IMG/VR virus record: IMGVR_UViG_2974541498_000001
Location: 32,001-96,000 of that record
DNA from: a virus
Lineage: Duplodnaviria; Caudoviricetes
Reading direction: 5' to 3' (one strand)
Length of the DNA: 64,000 nucleotides
This document shows positions 42,883 to 52,828 of this stretch, in pieces. Each line of letters begins with the position of its first letter. The stretch's first letter is position 1. A program made the position numbers and the translations under genes. The notes below the pieces were generated by a model that was not told the DNA's origin, ran no database searches, and worked only from the letters and a program-made list of their open reading frames with translations.

Positions 42883-44721
42883 ATGGCAATATATGTATAT
42901 CCATCAAATCAGAATGATAACATTCCAGGAATTTCTGTAACTATTAATACAGACTCCTTTACAGGATCTTCTAGCAATTCAGAAAAACCTTTAATGATTA
43001 TTGGGGAAGCTGATGATGGTATTCCACAAACTGTTAGAACTTTTTCTAGCTATACACAAGCTAAACAAGAACTTAGAGGCGGGGAACTTCTTAAAGCGTT
43101 AGAACTTGCTTGGCAACCAGATTCAGATGGGACGTATTATGCAGGAAATATTATGGCAATGCGCTCACAACCAGCTACCCAAGCATCCTTGAAGAAAGGA
43201 ACTTTGACATTTACTTCAAAGTTGTATTCAGAAAAGGCTAATAATATTCTAGTTAGCTTACAACCAAACAGAATTACTAATACTCAGCGGTTGGTTGTTT
43301 CATTCCCCGAAGATGGTGTTACTAATACCTATGATAATCTAGGGAATATATTCTCATTGTCTTACACAGGTAATGAACGCTATGCCGCTTATAAGATTGA
43401 TACCGATGAAAATGGTTTTGCATCTCTTTTAACGCTATATGCTGGAGATAGTGTAAGTACAGCAGAACCTATCCAAAAGTTTATCCTTGGTGATAATTCC
43501 TTATATGTTAAGACTAACAGTCTTATTAATGCCATTAATCAAGTTGCTGGATTTACTGCTACTAGATTCTCTATTGGAAATAAGAATGTTTATACTAAGT
43601 ATTATCATGGCATTGATGAAACGCAATTAAGTGCTACTCCTAATAAACAATATGTATATGCTATTGAAGGAGACATTCTTAATACTGTTGGCGATTATGA
43701 TAGCTATGTTTCCATCGGGTATGTTCCAGAAGGTACTCCAGAAGATCCAACTAATATTAAAGAAACTTCTATTAGTGATGGTGTTCATATTGAACTTGAT
43801 GCTATGGCCGTTACAACTCCAATAGATAACTTTGAAACAACTGCTTTATCTGGAGCTTCCGTAGGAGTTTCTCCTGATTCTTGGACTAGCTTATTCAACC
43901 AGTTTACTGATTCATATGATAACAATGGATATCTTGGGTATTACTTGATTCCATTAACAGATGATGCGGCTATCCAAGCAGAAGCTACCGCCTTTGCTAA
44001 TAATCAGGCTAGAGTTGGTAATGCTATGAGAGTCATTGTGGGTGCAGGAATTTCTGAACCAAAACAACAATTGATTAGCCGGTCACTAGAGCTGGATGAT
44101 GCACGAGCAAACCTAGTAGGTAATTCTGCTATGGTAAAGATGTCTGATGGTACTACCCAAGACATGCCCGGATATATGCTTGCCGCTATGGTTGGTGGCC
44201 TTGCTTCTGGTATTGATATTGGAGATTCTATTACTAATAAGACGCTTAACCTTGTTAGCTTAGATCAGAACTTTACAACCGATGATATTAATGAGTTGAC
44301 AGGTTCTGGAATAGTAACTATTAAATACCTTCAAAATAGATCGAGTAGCTCATTTAGAATTGTTGATGATGTTACTACTTCTACTAGGGTAGATGAACCA
44401 TTAGAACATGAAATGGCTATTGGTGAGAGTTCTGACTTCTTAGTTGCAGGTATTCGTGAAAAACTAGATCCATTTATTGGGAGCAAGATAAACACTGCGT
44501 ATGCAAGTACTCTTTCTTCTTACGTGCTTGAATATCTTTCTGATGTTAAAACAGAAGGAATTATCATGGATTATGACTCTAGCTCAGTAACTGTAACGAT
44601 CGTTGGATCTACTGCTAATATTGGTGCTACTGTATATCCTGATAGAACATTGAAGAAAATGGATATTGCTCTTCAATATAATACAGAAACTCTTACAAGT
44701 AGCAATACAAGCATTGCCTAA
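42883..44721 (+). CDS. tail sheath protein
   Basis: SEKPLMIIG.A.DG.P, AK..LRGGELL.A.ELAW.P, FRIVDDVTT, GE..DFLV. Confidence 0.95.
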   Translation: MAIYVYPSNQNDNIPGISVTINTDSFTGSSSNSEKPLMIIGEADDGIPQTVRTFSSYTQAKQELRGGELLKALELAWQPDSDGTYYAGNIMAMRSQPATQASLKKGTLTFTSKLYSEKANNILVSLQPNRITNTQRLVVSFPEDGVTNTYDNLGNIFSLSYTGNERYAAYKIDTDENGFASLLTLYAGDSVSTAEPIQKFILGDNSLYVKTNSLINAINQVAGFTATRFSIGNKNVYTKYYHGIDETQLSATPNKQYVYAIEGDILNTVGDYDSYVSIGYVPEGTPEDPTNIKETSISDGVHIELDAMAVTTPIDNFETTALSGASVGVSPDSWTSLFNQFTDSYDNNGYLGYYLIPLTDDAAIQAEATAFANNQARVGNAMRVIVGAGISEPKQQLISRSLELDDARANLVGNSAMVKMSDGTTQDMPGYMLAAMVGGLASGIDIGDSITNKTLNLVSLDQNFTTDDINELTGSGIVTIKYLQNRSSSSFRIVDDVTTSTRVDEPLEHEMAIGESSDFLVAGIREKLDPFIGSKINTAYASTLSSYVLEYLSDVKTEGIIMDYDSSSVTVTIVGSTANIGATVYPDRTLKKMDIALQYNTETLTSSNTSIA

Positions 44722-44742
44722 TAATAGAAAGGACTGATTTAC

Positions 44743-45186
44743 TTGGCAAAAGCGGCATCAGGTAGTTATGAACAAGGCTATCAGCAATCAGAAACAGGTA
44801 CAGTAACTACCATATTTATGAACTCAAAAGCAGTAGGTAGAGCAACATCGGCCACTGCCCAAATTGAGTATGGTACTACTGGTGTTTGGGGTATTGGTGA
44901 TTATATGCCATATGAATACGTATTTATGCGGTATAATGGTCAACTTACGGTAGAAGGAATTAGAATGCGGACTAATGATATGGTTAGTGCCGGAATTGTT
45001 GCTCTAGGAGAAGATGTCCTAAAGCAAGGAGATACTCTAATTACTATTCAAGATAAGTATACGCACAACCTATTGGCTTCCTACAGTCATTGTACACCAG
45101 TAAGCTATAACTTACAAGTTCGGGCTAATCAATTAGTTACAGAACAAGCAGTATTTAACTTCACAAGTGCTACACAAAAGAAGTAA
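44743..45186 (+). CDS. tail tube protein
   Basis: VGRA.SA.....YGTTGV..IG..MP.E.V...Y.G..TVE; follows sheath. Confidence 0.9.
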   Translation: MAKAASGSYEQGYQQSETGTVTTIFMNSKAVGRATSATAQIEYGTTGVWGIGDYMPYEYVFMRYNGQLTVEGIRMRTNDMVSAGIVALGEDVLKQGDTLITIQDKYTHNLLASYSHCTPVSYNLQVRANQLVTEQAVFNFTSATQKK

Positions 45187-45191
45187 TAATT

Positions 45192-45219
45192 AAAATCCCC
45201 CATGTACGGGGGATTTTTT
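45192..45219 (+). terminator. intrinsic terminator
   Basis: AAAATCCCC-CATGTACG-GGGGATTTTTT. Confidence 0.8.
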
Positions 45220-45310
45220 AGTGCATATTTAGTGCTTATACTAATATTAATTTATATACTATAATATATTTAGAATCCGCAAATTATATTATTATTAAAG
45301 GTGGTTTATT

Positions 45311-45829
45311 ATGGAAAAAAATAGTTATACCAAAGAAGAAATAGAGGCATTAAAGTATCCTGGTAGCAACAAAAAGAAGGAATATACTGAGGACGAACTA
45401 TTAAAGCTTCGCCAGAGATCTGAAAATGGAGATAAGTTAACTGATGATGAAGCCAATGCACTTCATAAGCAAGATAGTGAGAAGTCAATTAAAGACATTG
45501 ACCAAATTCTTCAGGGAGTTAATGATATCTTCTCAAAAGACTATGTTTTCTCAGAAGACAATGAAAAGTTTCATGTAGAAATAAAGGCACCTAACGTTAT
45601 TGAGGACGCTAAGATTAAAGCACTTAGAGAGAAGTGGTTAGATGGAACAGGTCTAGATCAAAATATGTTTGATTATACTGCCTATACTGCACTAGCCACC
45701 CTAAATGTATGTGGAACTAAAGTACCTGTTCAATTAGCTGATAATGATAAGATTTATCCGCCAACTCTTTCGTGGTTATACGAGATTGGAGTAGACTTTA
45801 ATAATTGGATGTCTCGATTTCGATCATAG
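45311..45829 (+). CDS. tail assembly chaperone (G-like)
   Basis: between tube and tape measure; ends W.SRFRS. Confidence 0.75.
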   Translation: MEKNSYTKEEIEALKYPGSNKKKEYTEDELLKLRQRSENGDKLTDDEANALHKQDSEKSIKDIDQILQGVNDIFSKDYVFSEDNEKFHVEIKAPNVIEDAKIKALREKWLDGTGLDQNMFDYTAYTALATLNVCGTKVPVQLADNDKIYPPTLSWLYEIGVDFNNWMSRFRS

Positions 45830-46283
45830 ACGAAATTATACACCCTTAGTAAAAACAGTTTATTTTCAAAATTTATTTACTATAATGGACCACTTTAAAG
45901 TCCTACCAACAGATGAACGCTTTAAAAATCTTACTGTTGACCAAATAAATATTATTTTATATGGAATGCAAGAAAAGTCACGTAGAGAGGCTATTGCTCA
46001 GGCTAACGCTAATGGTGAGCAAGTTGTATCTACCAGTTCATTCAATGACTTGGATGACTCTTGGCAATATTCTGAAGATTTTGATCCTACTGATGGAGCG
46101 GGTGAAGAAGACTTGTTAAAGCAGGTTAAAGATCAGCAATCAGATAACATGGATAAAATGGAAAACGTAGATACCTTAGAAGCAGATAATCTTGCTAAGC
46201 AACAAGATAAGTATATTAAGAGTAAAAATAATGAGACTAAGAAGACCATATCTAAGACTATAGCGGCATTTACGAAAAAATAA
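45819..46283 (+). CDS. tail assembly chaperone extension (GT-like), probably reached by +1 frameshift
   Basis: +1 frame open from 45795; no obvious RBS before ATG 45885; TTT-CGA at 45818. Confidence 0.6.
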   Translation, partial: FDHRRNYTPLVKTVYFQNLFTIMDHFKVLPTDERFKNLTVDQINIILYGMQEKSRREAIAQANANGEQVVSTSSFNDLDDSWQYSEDFDPTDGAGEEDLLKQVKDQQSDNMDKMENVDTLEADNLAKQQDKYIKSKNNETKKTISKTIAAFTKK

Positions 46284-46300
46284 GGAAAGGGGGAATATAA

Positions 46301-49300
46301 ATGGCTGATAACTCTTATAAATTTAAAGTTGAGGCAGAAACAGACTCTGCACTTAATAATCTTTCACAAGTAGAAGAACAAGCTAGAAAAATATCTGAGT
46401 TACAAAGTAATTCCCATAATAAAGGTGACTTTGTTTCTGTATCCAATATTCAAGAAGCGGTTCAGTCAATGCGTCAATTGGAACAGGAAGCTCAAAGCTT
46501 ATTATCTACATTTGATAAGTTTAGAAGCAATGGTGCTGGAGGGAATGCTAGTATACTTAATGGCGCCTTAAATGGAATAATGAGTAACGCCCGTGACTCT
46601 TTTAATTCAATATCAGGAATGAACATTAGTACTCCAAGAGGTTACTCTGTTTTAGATAGACAAGATGCCGCAAATACTGGTTATACTAATACAAGCTCCT
46701 CTTATATCGATAAACTGGATACCAGAGAAGATAGAAGTTATATGAGAAGGCTAGCTAGTCGGCAATCCGCTAGATTCCGATCAGCTATGTCTGGTAATAG
46801 AATTAGTGCAGAAAGGTATGACCAATTTAATTACGATAATGAGCAAGGGTTATCTAACTTGTCTGATATTGCGAATAGAAATAATTACCGTATAGACTCT
46901 GCTAGAGAAAGAATAGCTAAGGCTAGAACTAACATCAATGAAGTTAACCATGATACTAGCATTGATGAATTTTCTAGAAATCAAGCCACTCAAAAGCTTA
47001 ATGATGAAATAAATGCTAATACTAAGCTTATAGAATCCATTAAAAATTTTAATAGTGAAATAGATAAAACTACTACAAAGTTAAAAGATCAGAAGTCCCA
47101 AATGGATGATAATAGTGATATGACGGTATCTGCTCGTAGAGGAACCTTTCAAGGGTTCTTAGCACAAAGAGCAGGTGCTATCGGATATCATACTGTTGCT
47201 GGAGGTCTTGGATTAATAAGCTCGCAATATCAACAAGGAAAGCAACTAAACTCTGCTACTGATGATACTAGTATTAACTTAGCTTATTCTACTAATAGTG
47301 CTAATGACCAGTCAATTAGAAACCAAATGTTTTCTATTAACCAACAGAGGTCTAATGGATATAGTTTGGAAGATAGCCTTAATATGTATCAATTAGCTAT
47401 TTCCAGAAATGGTTATTCTGGTGGTAATAGTGCCACTAATATGGGAATGGTTGACCAGATGGAACAAGCCGGTAACAACACAGGTATTGGCAGATCTGGT
47501 TATATGAATTATGCTTCTTCTTTATTTAATGCTGGTGCTATAAATAATAATAATGACTTAAAATCATTAGATAACTCTGTTACTGGTATGAATGTCTATG
47601 CAAGGACACAGGGTATTCAACAACAACAGGCACAAACTCTAACTTCATTAGTTAATCAAACAAGCCAAGATAGAACTCTATCTGCAAGTGATATTCAAAG
47701 GCTTGCTAGTGTAGAAGGAATAACTGCTAAAAATGGTGGGAGATCCCTTCAAAGTATCCAAGGGCAACAATCACTATCCCAGTGGAACAATAGCTATATT
47801 CAAGCTAGTGAAGGAGATAATCAACAGCTACTGCAACTGAAAGTTCAATCAAATCCAGAAAGATATGGAGGACTTAGAGGTGCCGTAAATGCTGAAAAGG
47901 ATTTAAGTAAAGGGTTAGCAGACCCAGATAATATTGATTTAGCTAGAAGAATGTCCGATATGTATGGTGGAGGAAAAGGTGGAGGAGCCTTAGTCCTCCA
48001 ACATAGTTTTGGGATAAAGTCTATTAAGAATGCTGATGAAATATCTAAAATACTAGATAATGGTGACCTTTCTAAATCAGAGCAAGATAAGGCTATTAAA
48101 GATTTTGAAAAAACAGGTAAATTTAAGCGGCAAGAAAATCAGGCTAAATATGATAGTAGTTCTACGGCAAAAAGAAACCAACAAGCATCTGAATATGAGA
48201 AAAGAATTAGTCAAAGTAATGATGTAATAGAAAAGACTGTTGGGGGAATACTTGGATTTATTGGGGGACTTCCTAGCTGGATGACTACTATAATATCACT
48301 TCTTTCTACTATTGCAACAACTGCGGGAACACAAGCCGCAGGAAGCTATGTTGGTAGTAAAATTCAGGATTATGCTGATGGAAAATTCTCAGGAAAAGGA
48401 GGAAAATTCTCTACTAAATCAGGCGCTTATAAAGAAGGAGAGTCCCTCGGCGGGTATTCTTCCTCTAATAAAACAGCAAAGGTTAAGGGGAATTTTGGGT
48501 CATCTGGTAGAGCTTCCTTTACTAACCGGGCTGAAGCTAGATTTAATAATTCTAAAATAGGCGGAAAGGCTAGAAATATACTTGGAAAAGTTAAAGACAC
48601 TAAAATTGGTGGATTTACCTCTAGAACTTTAGAAAAAGGTAAAGGAGTATTTGGAAAAGCCGGAGAATTTGCTGGTAAATGGGGAAACAAATTAGGAGTT
48701 GCTGGTAATGTTCTAGCCGCCGGTGCGCTTGCCTCAGAAGTTATTGGGTCGAAACACCCAGTTAAGCAAGCTATTAGATCAGGTTCACGAATGGCTGGTG
48801 GAATGGCAGGCTGGGCAGGAGGTGCCGCCGCAGGTGCCGCATTAGGGTCAGTGATACCGGGAGCTGGTACTCTTGTCGGTGGTGCTTTAGGACTTGCTGG
48901 AGGAATTGGTGGTTCCTTAATAGGATCTGATGTATTTGGAAAAGTTGGAGACTTTCTTACTGGAAAGGGAAGTAATAAGTCTGCTGATACTGCACAAAAA
49001 TATCAGGATAAAGAAAAGGAAGAAGCTAACGCCAGAGCTAGAAAAGAAAATATTGATTCTGATAATCGACAACTAGATAAAGCGGCTAACCTATTAAATG
49101 TATCTAGAGCACAAAATGGATTAATTGGTAAAAATGGTACAGGAACTTCTAGTACCAGTATTAAACAATCTAAATCTGATAAAGATAAGGCTAAGCAGAA
49201 TGCTAAAGTAACCTCTGCTATGCAACCTTACCAAAAAATTTCAACTTATATGCCTATGGATAAAAATAGTAAAAAGTCTCCTAGCAAAAGTAAGTCAACG

Positions 49301-49633
49301 AAAGCTAAATCTTCTAATACTTCAGATACTAATAGCAAGTCTGCGGCTAAAGCAACCCAAGATGGTTTAAACAAAATGTATCATCATACTAGTATGGCTA
49401 GCAGAATGCTTAACCAGCCTGTGGGGGCACAAGACTTCTCTACAAGCACAAATAAATCAAGTAAATCTTCTAATAAATTTGATATTAAAGTTAATGTTAA
49501 TGGTGATGTTAAAGATGGTCATAAGACCGGTAAAGAAGTTGGTGAAGGACTTATTGCTAGTCTAAAGAATAAAATGAATAATGGTATTGCTAATAATACC
49601 AGCAATTTATCATTGCTAAATGGATTAAGCTAG
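46301..49633 (+). CDS. tape measure protein
   Basis: 1110 aa, helical N-part, Gly/Ala-rich GAAAGAALGSVIPG.GT.VGG segment; synteny. Confidence 0.85.
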   Translation: MADNSYKFKVEAETDSALNNLSQVEEQARKISELQSNSHNKGDFVSVSNIQEAVQSMRQLEQEAQSLLSTFDKFRSNGAGGNASILNGALNGIMSNARDSFNSISGMNISTPRGYSVLDRQDAANTGYTNTSSSYIDKLDTREDRSYMRRLASRQSARFRSAMSGNRISAERYDQFNYDNEQGLSNLSDIANRNNYRIDSARERIAKARTNINEVNHDTSIDEFSRNQATQKLNDEINANTKLIESIKNFNSEIDKTTTKLKDQKSQMDDNSDMTVSARRGTFQGFLAQRAGAIGYHTVAGGLGLISSQYQQGKQLNSATDDTSINLAYSTNSANDQSIRNQMFSINQQRSNGYSLEDSLNMYQLAISRNGYSGGNSATNMGMVDQMEQAGNNTGIGRSGYMNYASSLFNAGAINNNNDLKSLDNSVTGMNVYARTQGIQQQQAQTLTSLVNQTSQDRTLSASDIQRLASVEGITAKNGGRSLQSIQGQQSLSQWNNSYIQASEGDNQQLLQLKVQSNPERYGGLRGAVNAEKDLSKGLADPDNIDLARRMSDMYGGGKGGGALVLQHSFGIKSIKNADEISKILDNGDLSKSEQDKAIKDFEKTGKFKRQENQAKYDSSSTAKRNQQASEYEKRISQSNDVIEKTVGGILGFIGGLPSWMTTIISLLSTIATTAGTQAAGSYVGSKIQDYADGKFSGKGGKFSTKSGAYKEGESLGGYSSSNKTAKVKGNFGSSGRASFTNRAEARFNNSKIGGKARNILGKVKDTKIGGFTSRTLEKGKGVFGKAGEFAGKWGNKLGVAGNVLAAGALASEVIGSKHPVKQAIRSGSRMAGGMAGWAGGAAAGAALGSVIPGAGTLVGGALGLAGGIGGSLIGSDVFGKVGDFLTGKGSNKSADTAQKYQDKEKEEANARARKENIDSDNRQLDKAANLLNVSRAQNGLIGKNGTGTSSTSIKQSKSDKDKAKQNAKVTSAMQPYQKISTYMPMDKNSKKSPSKSKSTKAKSSNTSDTNSKSAAKATQDGLNKMYHHTSMASRMLNQPVGAQDFSTSTNKSSKSSNKFDIKVNVNGDVKDGHKTGKEVGEGLIASLKNKMNNGIANNTSNLSLLNGLS

Positions 49634-49671
49634 ATTATAGCTTTTTCTATACATAGTTAAGGAGGAATATA

Positions 49672-52600
49672 ATGGCTTCTAATAACGTAACTAGTATAAC
49701 TACTAATCAAACATCCGTTCCACTAATTGAATTAAAATTATATACCGAGCATAATATTATTAATTTAAAATATGATAATTCTATAAAAACTAATAATAAA
49801 AGTTTAACTTCTGGTGTCGTTAGTTTTCAAACAAAGAATGCTATGGAAGATGACTCATCTGCTTTTAGCATAATCTTATCTGGAGACTTTAAGTGGGACT
49901 ACGTTATCTTCCCTAATGATATTATTTCTCTAGGAGTCAAAACTAATCAAACTGGTGTTAAAAATGATAAAAATACTAAGTTAATTACTGGAATGATTAC
50001 GGAAGTCCATAGAGTTGACAACTATGATTCAGACAATGTTGTCTATCAGCTTAATGGCCGTTCTATGGCAAACGCTTTTATGCAATACAAAATTGGACTT
50101 ATTGAAGAAGTTCAAGAAAGTATTAGTTCTATGGGTTGGCTATGGGATACTAATATGGATTATCAGGCAGAAACAGTAACTAGTGAAAATTCTAGTTCTG
50201 GTAGCGCTTCCGGAGTTCCTAGCACAGAATTAGAATTTTGGAAGCTCCCCCTAGATAATGATTTTGGAATATCTGAAAGCAAGTTAATTAGCTTAGCTAA
50301 AAGCTCCACTAGAGTAAAAATGTATAATATGGGAGTATCCGATATAAAGAAAGCCAATCAAATAATTAGTTCTTATCATTTTTCCGTAGCACTATTTTGG
50401 GGATACGAGTTAGTAGAAGGACCGGGATCTGCTGGATGGCTTAATCATCATGATTATGGTGGCGGTTGGGAGCATCAACTTAAAAGCTGTCTAAGAGACT
50501 TAATTGCTACTAGTAAGCATCATGGGAGCTTAGCTACTGGTGGTGGATCAAATGTTACGAGTTCTTGGTTTGGAAAAAAAGAAAGAGATATTTATAAGTC
50601 TTTGCCTAATGGTAGTATAGGCGTTATGTATATGCAAGAAACAGCCGCCGCATCTGCAATGCTTACTGGTCATCGCGCAGGAGGAAGACCCGGAGGTTAT
50701 GGAGACCCTTTCAAGACAATTATGGATAAATTAAAAAGCATGGGGGCAAAAGGAGGAACATCTACTAAATCAGCAAATTCCTCTGTAAAATCTTCTGGAT
50801 CAGGAAATACAAACGCTACTCAGGCAGAAATAAATAATGAAAAAGAACATTCAAAAGGCGTTGCTTTTCTAGGAAATACTTGTGCAGTAATTGAATCTGA
50901 AATAATGGATAGATTTCTTCCGTATATGAAGTATTCATATGGTACTAAAGGATATAACTTATCCCATTTTATTAATTATAATAGTATGACTAGCTGGGAT
51001 TCTTATGAAAAATTACAAGATTCTTCTTCATTTGTTAACTTTAAAGGAAGCTTATATGAATTGCAAGATGCAATTCTTCATAAACCCTTTGTAGAAATGT
51101 TCTATGATACTGATTATAATGGATTAGCTCATCTAGTAGTTAGAAGAACTCCTTTTAACCCTTCTGATTGGAATGGTGTTGACTCAAAAGGAAATTATGA
51201 AATTCCACGAGTAGTATTAAACAGTAACCAAGTTATTAATGATGATTTGAGTAAAACAAACAGTGAAGCTTACTCAGTATTTAATGTCAATCCGGCCACT
51301 GCTAACTATACTGGTATTAAAAATGCTGGAGAACTAGGATCACTTCCACAGTTCAACCAACAGTTAGTTAATATATATGGATATAGCATTCTAGAAGTTA
51401 CTAGCCTTTATTTAAAAGGAAGTAGTACGGGGCCTTTAGCTAATAATACTAAATCAACCGGAAAGAATTCAAAAGTTTTAGCAAGCGCAGGAACTCCTTA
51501 TACCGCATCTGATATTAATAAGCTTTTAAATAAAGTTAAACTAAAAACACTTAGACAGAAGCAATCCACTTACGCTCAAAAAATAGCTAATAATGCTAAT
51601 AATATTTCTGGCCAGCAAGCCGCAGAATTAGTTAGTGCTTATTTAATTAATGAAAAGCATTTAACGCAAACTAAAATGAATGGGATATTAGATACAGAAA
51701 ATGGTGGCGGACAAAGTTGTATTGGCGGAGAAGGAATAAGCTATAAGAAATGGCTAGATATTGTTAAAACATATTCTGATGCTAAAACCTATATGCAAGA
51801 ATGTAAAACAACTTTTAATAATACAGATGATGAGGTATTATTTGAACTTCGAGGAAAGTATGCTAGTGGTGGTAACAAGCTTTCTCAAAAAGATTTTAAG
51901 TCACTTCTAAAAAAATATCAAATTGTTAGTCAAAATACAAAAGTTAAGGATGAAGCTATTGATTTAAAATTCTTTACTCAAATGTTATTTAATTGGTATT
52001 CAGATGATATTAATTTCTTAGCAGGAAACATAACAGTTCCCGGTGACTCTAAATATAGAATTGGGGAAATAGCAGAAGTAATTAATGAAAATGATCCTAA
52101 AGATTCAATGGAATTCTATATAGAGTCTGTTGAACACACTTTTAGCTTTACTTCTGGATGGCAGACTGTTTTAGGAGTTACTAGAGGGCTTAAAAACTTA
52201 GGAAAAGATAGGTTTAAGCATATGTGGGGTAAAAACCAAGACTTCTTAGGAGGATATATGGGAGAAGCCGCACTTAATATGCTTGCTTATGGTACGGAAC
52301 CTACTAAATCTTCTGGAGGAAGTGACTCAACAGGAGGTGCCGCTGGAGGAAAATGGGGGCTTCCTTTTAAAGGACATGGAACTGTTGATACCAACCCTGC
52401 ACAAAACTTCGGATCTCCTAGAGGACAAGGAACCCATGATGGAACAGACTTTGGATTTTCTAATTTCTCTAATGGGGGATCAATTAGGGCTATCCATGGG
52501 GGAACCGTAAAATACGTGGGATCTGGGGCAGGTTCTTGGACAAATTCTGTTATTATTATTACGGAATCTGATGATGGATATTCTGTATGCTATCAAGAAT

Positions 52601-52809
52601 TTGGAACAACGGCCAATGCTAAAGTTAAAAAAGGAGATAAAGTAAAAACAGGAGATATAATTGGAACAAGAAACTACAGTGGGCATGATCATGTACATGT
52701 AGGAGTAACCAAGCATGGATGGAGAAAATTATATAATGGTAGCTATTCTACTAGTGGGTTTGAAGACCCTTTAAAATTAATTGCTGGTAAAAACCATGGA
52801 AGTGTTTAA
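49672..52809 (+). CDS. baseplate hub / tail-associated lysin with C-terminal M23 peptidase
   Basis: SFQTKNAMEDDSSAFS hub motif, FYIESVEHTFSF..GW.T.LGVTRG, M23 HDGTD and HVH. Confidence 0.85.
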   Translation: MASNNVTSITTNQTSVPLIELKLYTEHNIINLKYDNSIKTNNKSLTSGVVSFQTKNAMEDDSSAFSIILSGDFKWDYVIFPNDIISLGVKTNQTGVKNDKNTKLITGMITEVHRVDNYDSDNVVYQLNGRSMANAFMQYKIGLIEEVQESISSMGWLWDTNMDYQAETVTSENSSSGSASGVPSTELEFWKLPLDNDFGISESKLISLAKSSTRVKMYNMGVSDIKKANQIISSYHFSVALFWGYELVEGPGSAGWLNHHDYGGGWEHQLKSCLRDLIATSKHHGSLATGGGSNVTSSWFGKKERDIYKSLPNGSIGVMYMQETAAASAMLTGHRAGGRPGGYGDPFKTIMDKLKSMGAKGGTSTKSANSSVKSSGSGNTNATQAEINNEKEHSKGVAFLGNTCAVIESEIMDRFLPYMKYSYGTKGYNLSHFINYNSMTSWDSYEKLQDSSSFVNFKGSLYELQDAILHKPFVEMFYDTDYNGLAHLVVRRTPFNPSDWNGVDSKGNYEIPRVVLNSNQVINDDLSKTNSEAYSVFNVNPATANYTGIKNAGELGSLPQFNQQLVNIYGYSILEVTSLYLKGSSTGPLANNTKSTGKNSKVLASAGTPYTASDINKLLNKVKLKTLRQKQSTYAQKIANNANNISGQQAAELVSAYLINEKHLTQTKMNGILDTENGGGQSCIGGEGISYKKWLDIVKTYSDAKTYMQECKTTFNNTDDEVLFELRGKYASGGNKLSQKDFKSLLKKYQIVSQNTKVKDEAIDLKFFTQMLFNWYSDDINFLAGNITVPGDSKYRIGEIAEVINENDPKDSMEFYIESVEHTFSFTSGWQTVLGVTRGLKNLGKDRFKHMWGKNQDFLGGYMGEAALNMLAYGTEPTKSSGGSDSTGGAAGGKWGLPFKGHGTVDTNPAQNFGSPRGQGTHDGTDFGFSNFSNGGSIRAIHGGTVKYVGSGAGSWTNSVIIITESDDGYSVCYQEFGTTANAKVKKGDKVKTGDIIGTRNYSGHDHVHVGVTKHGWRKLYNGSYSTSGFEDPLKLIAGKNHGSV

Positions 52810-52828
52810 AAGAAAGGAAGATTAATAT

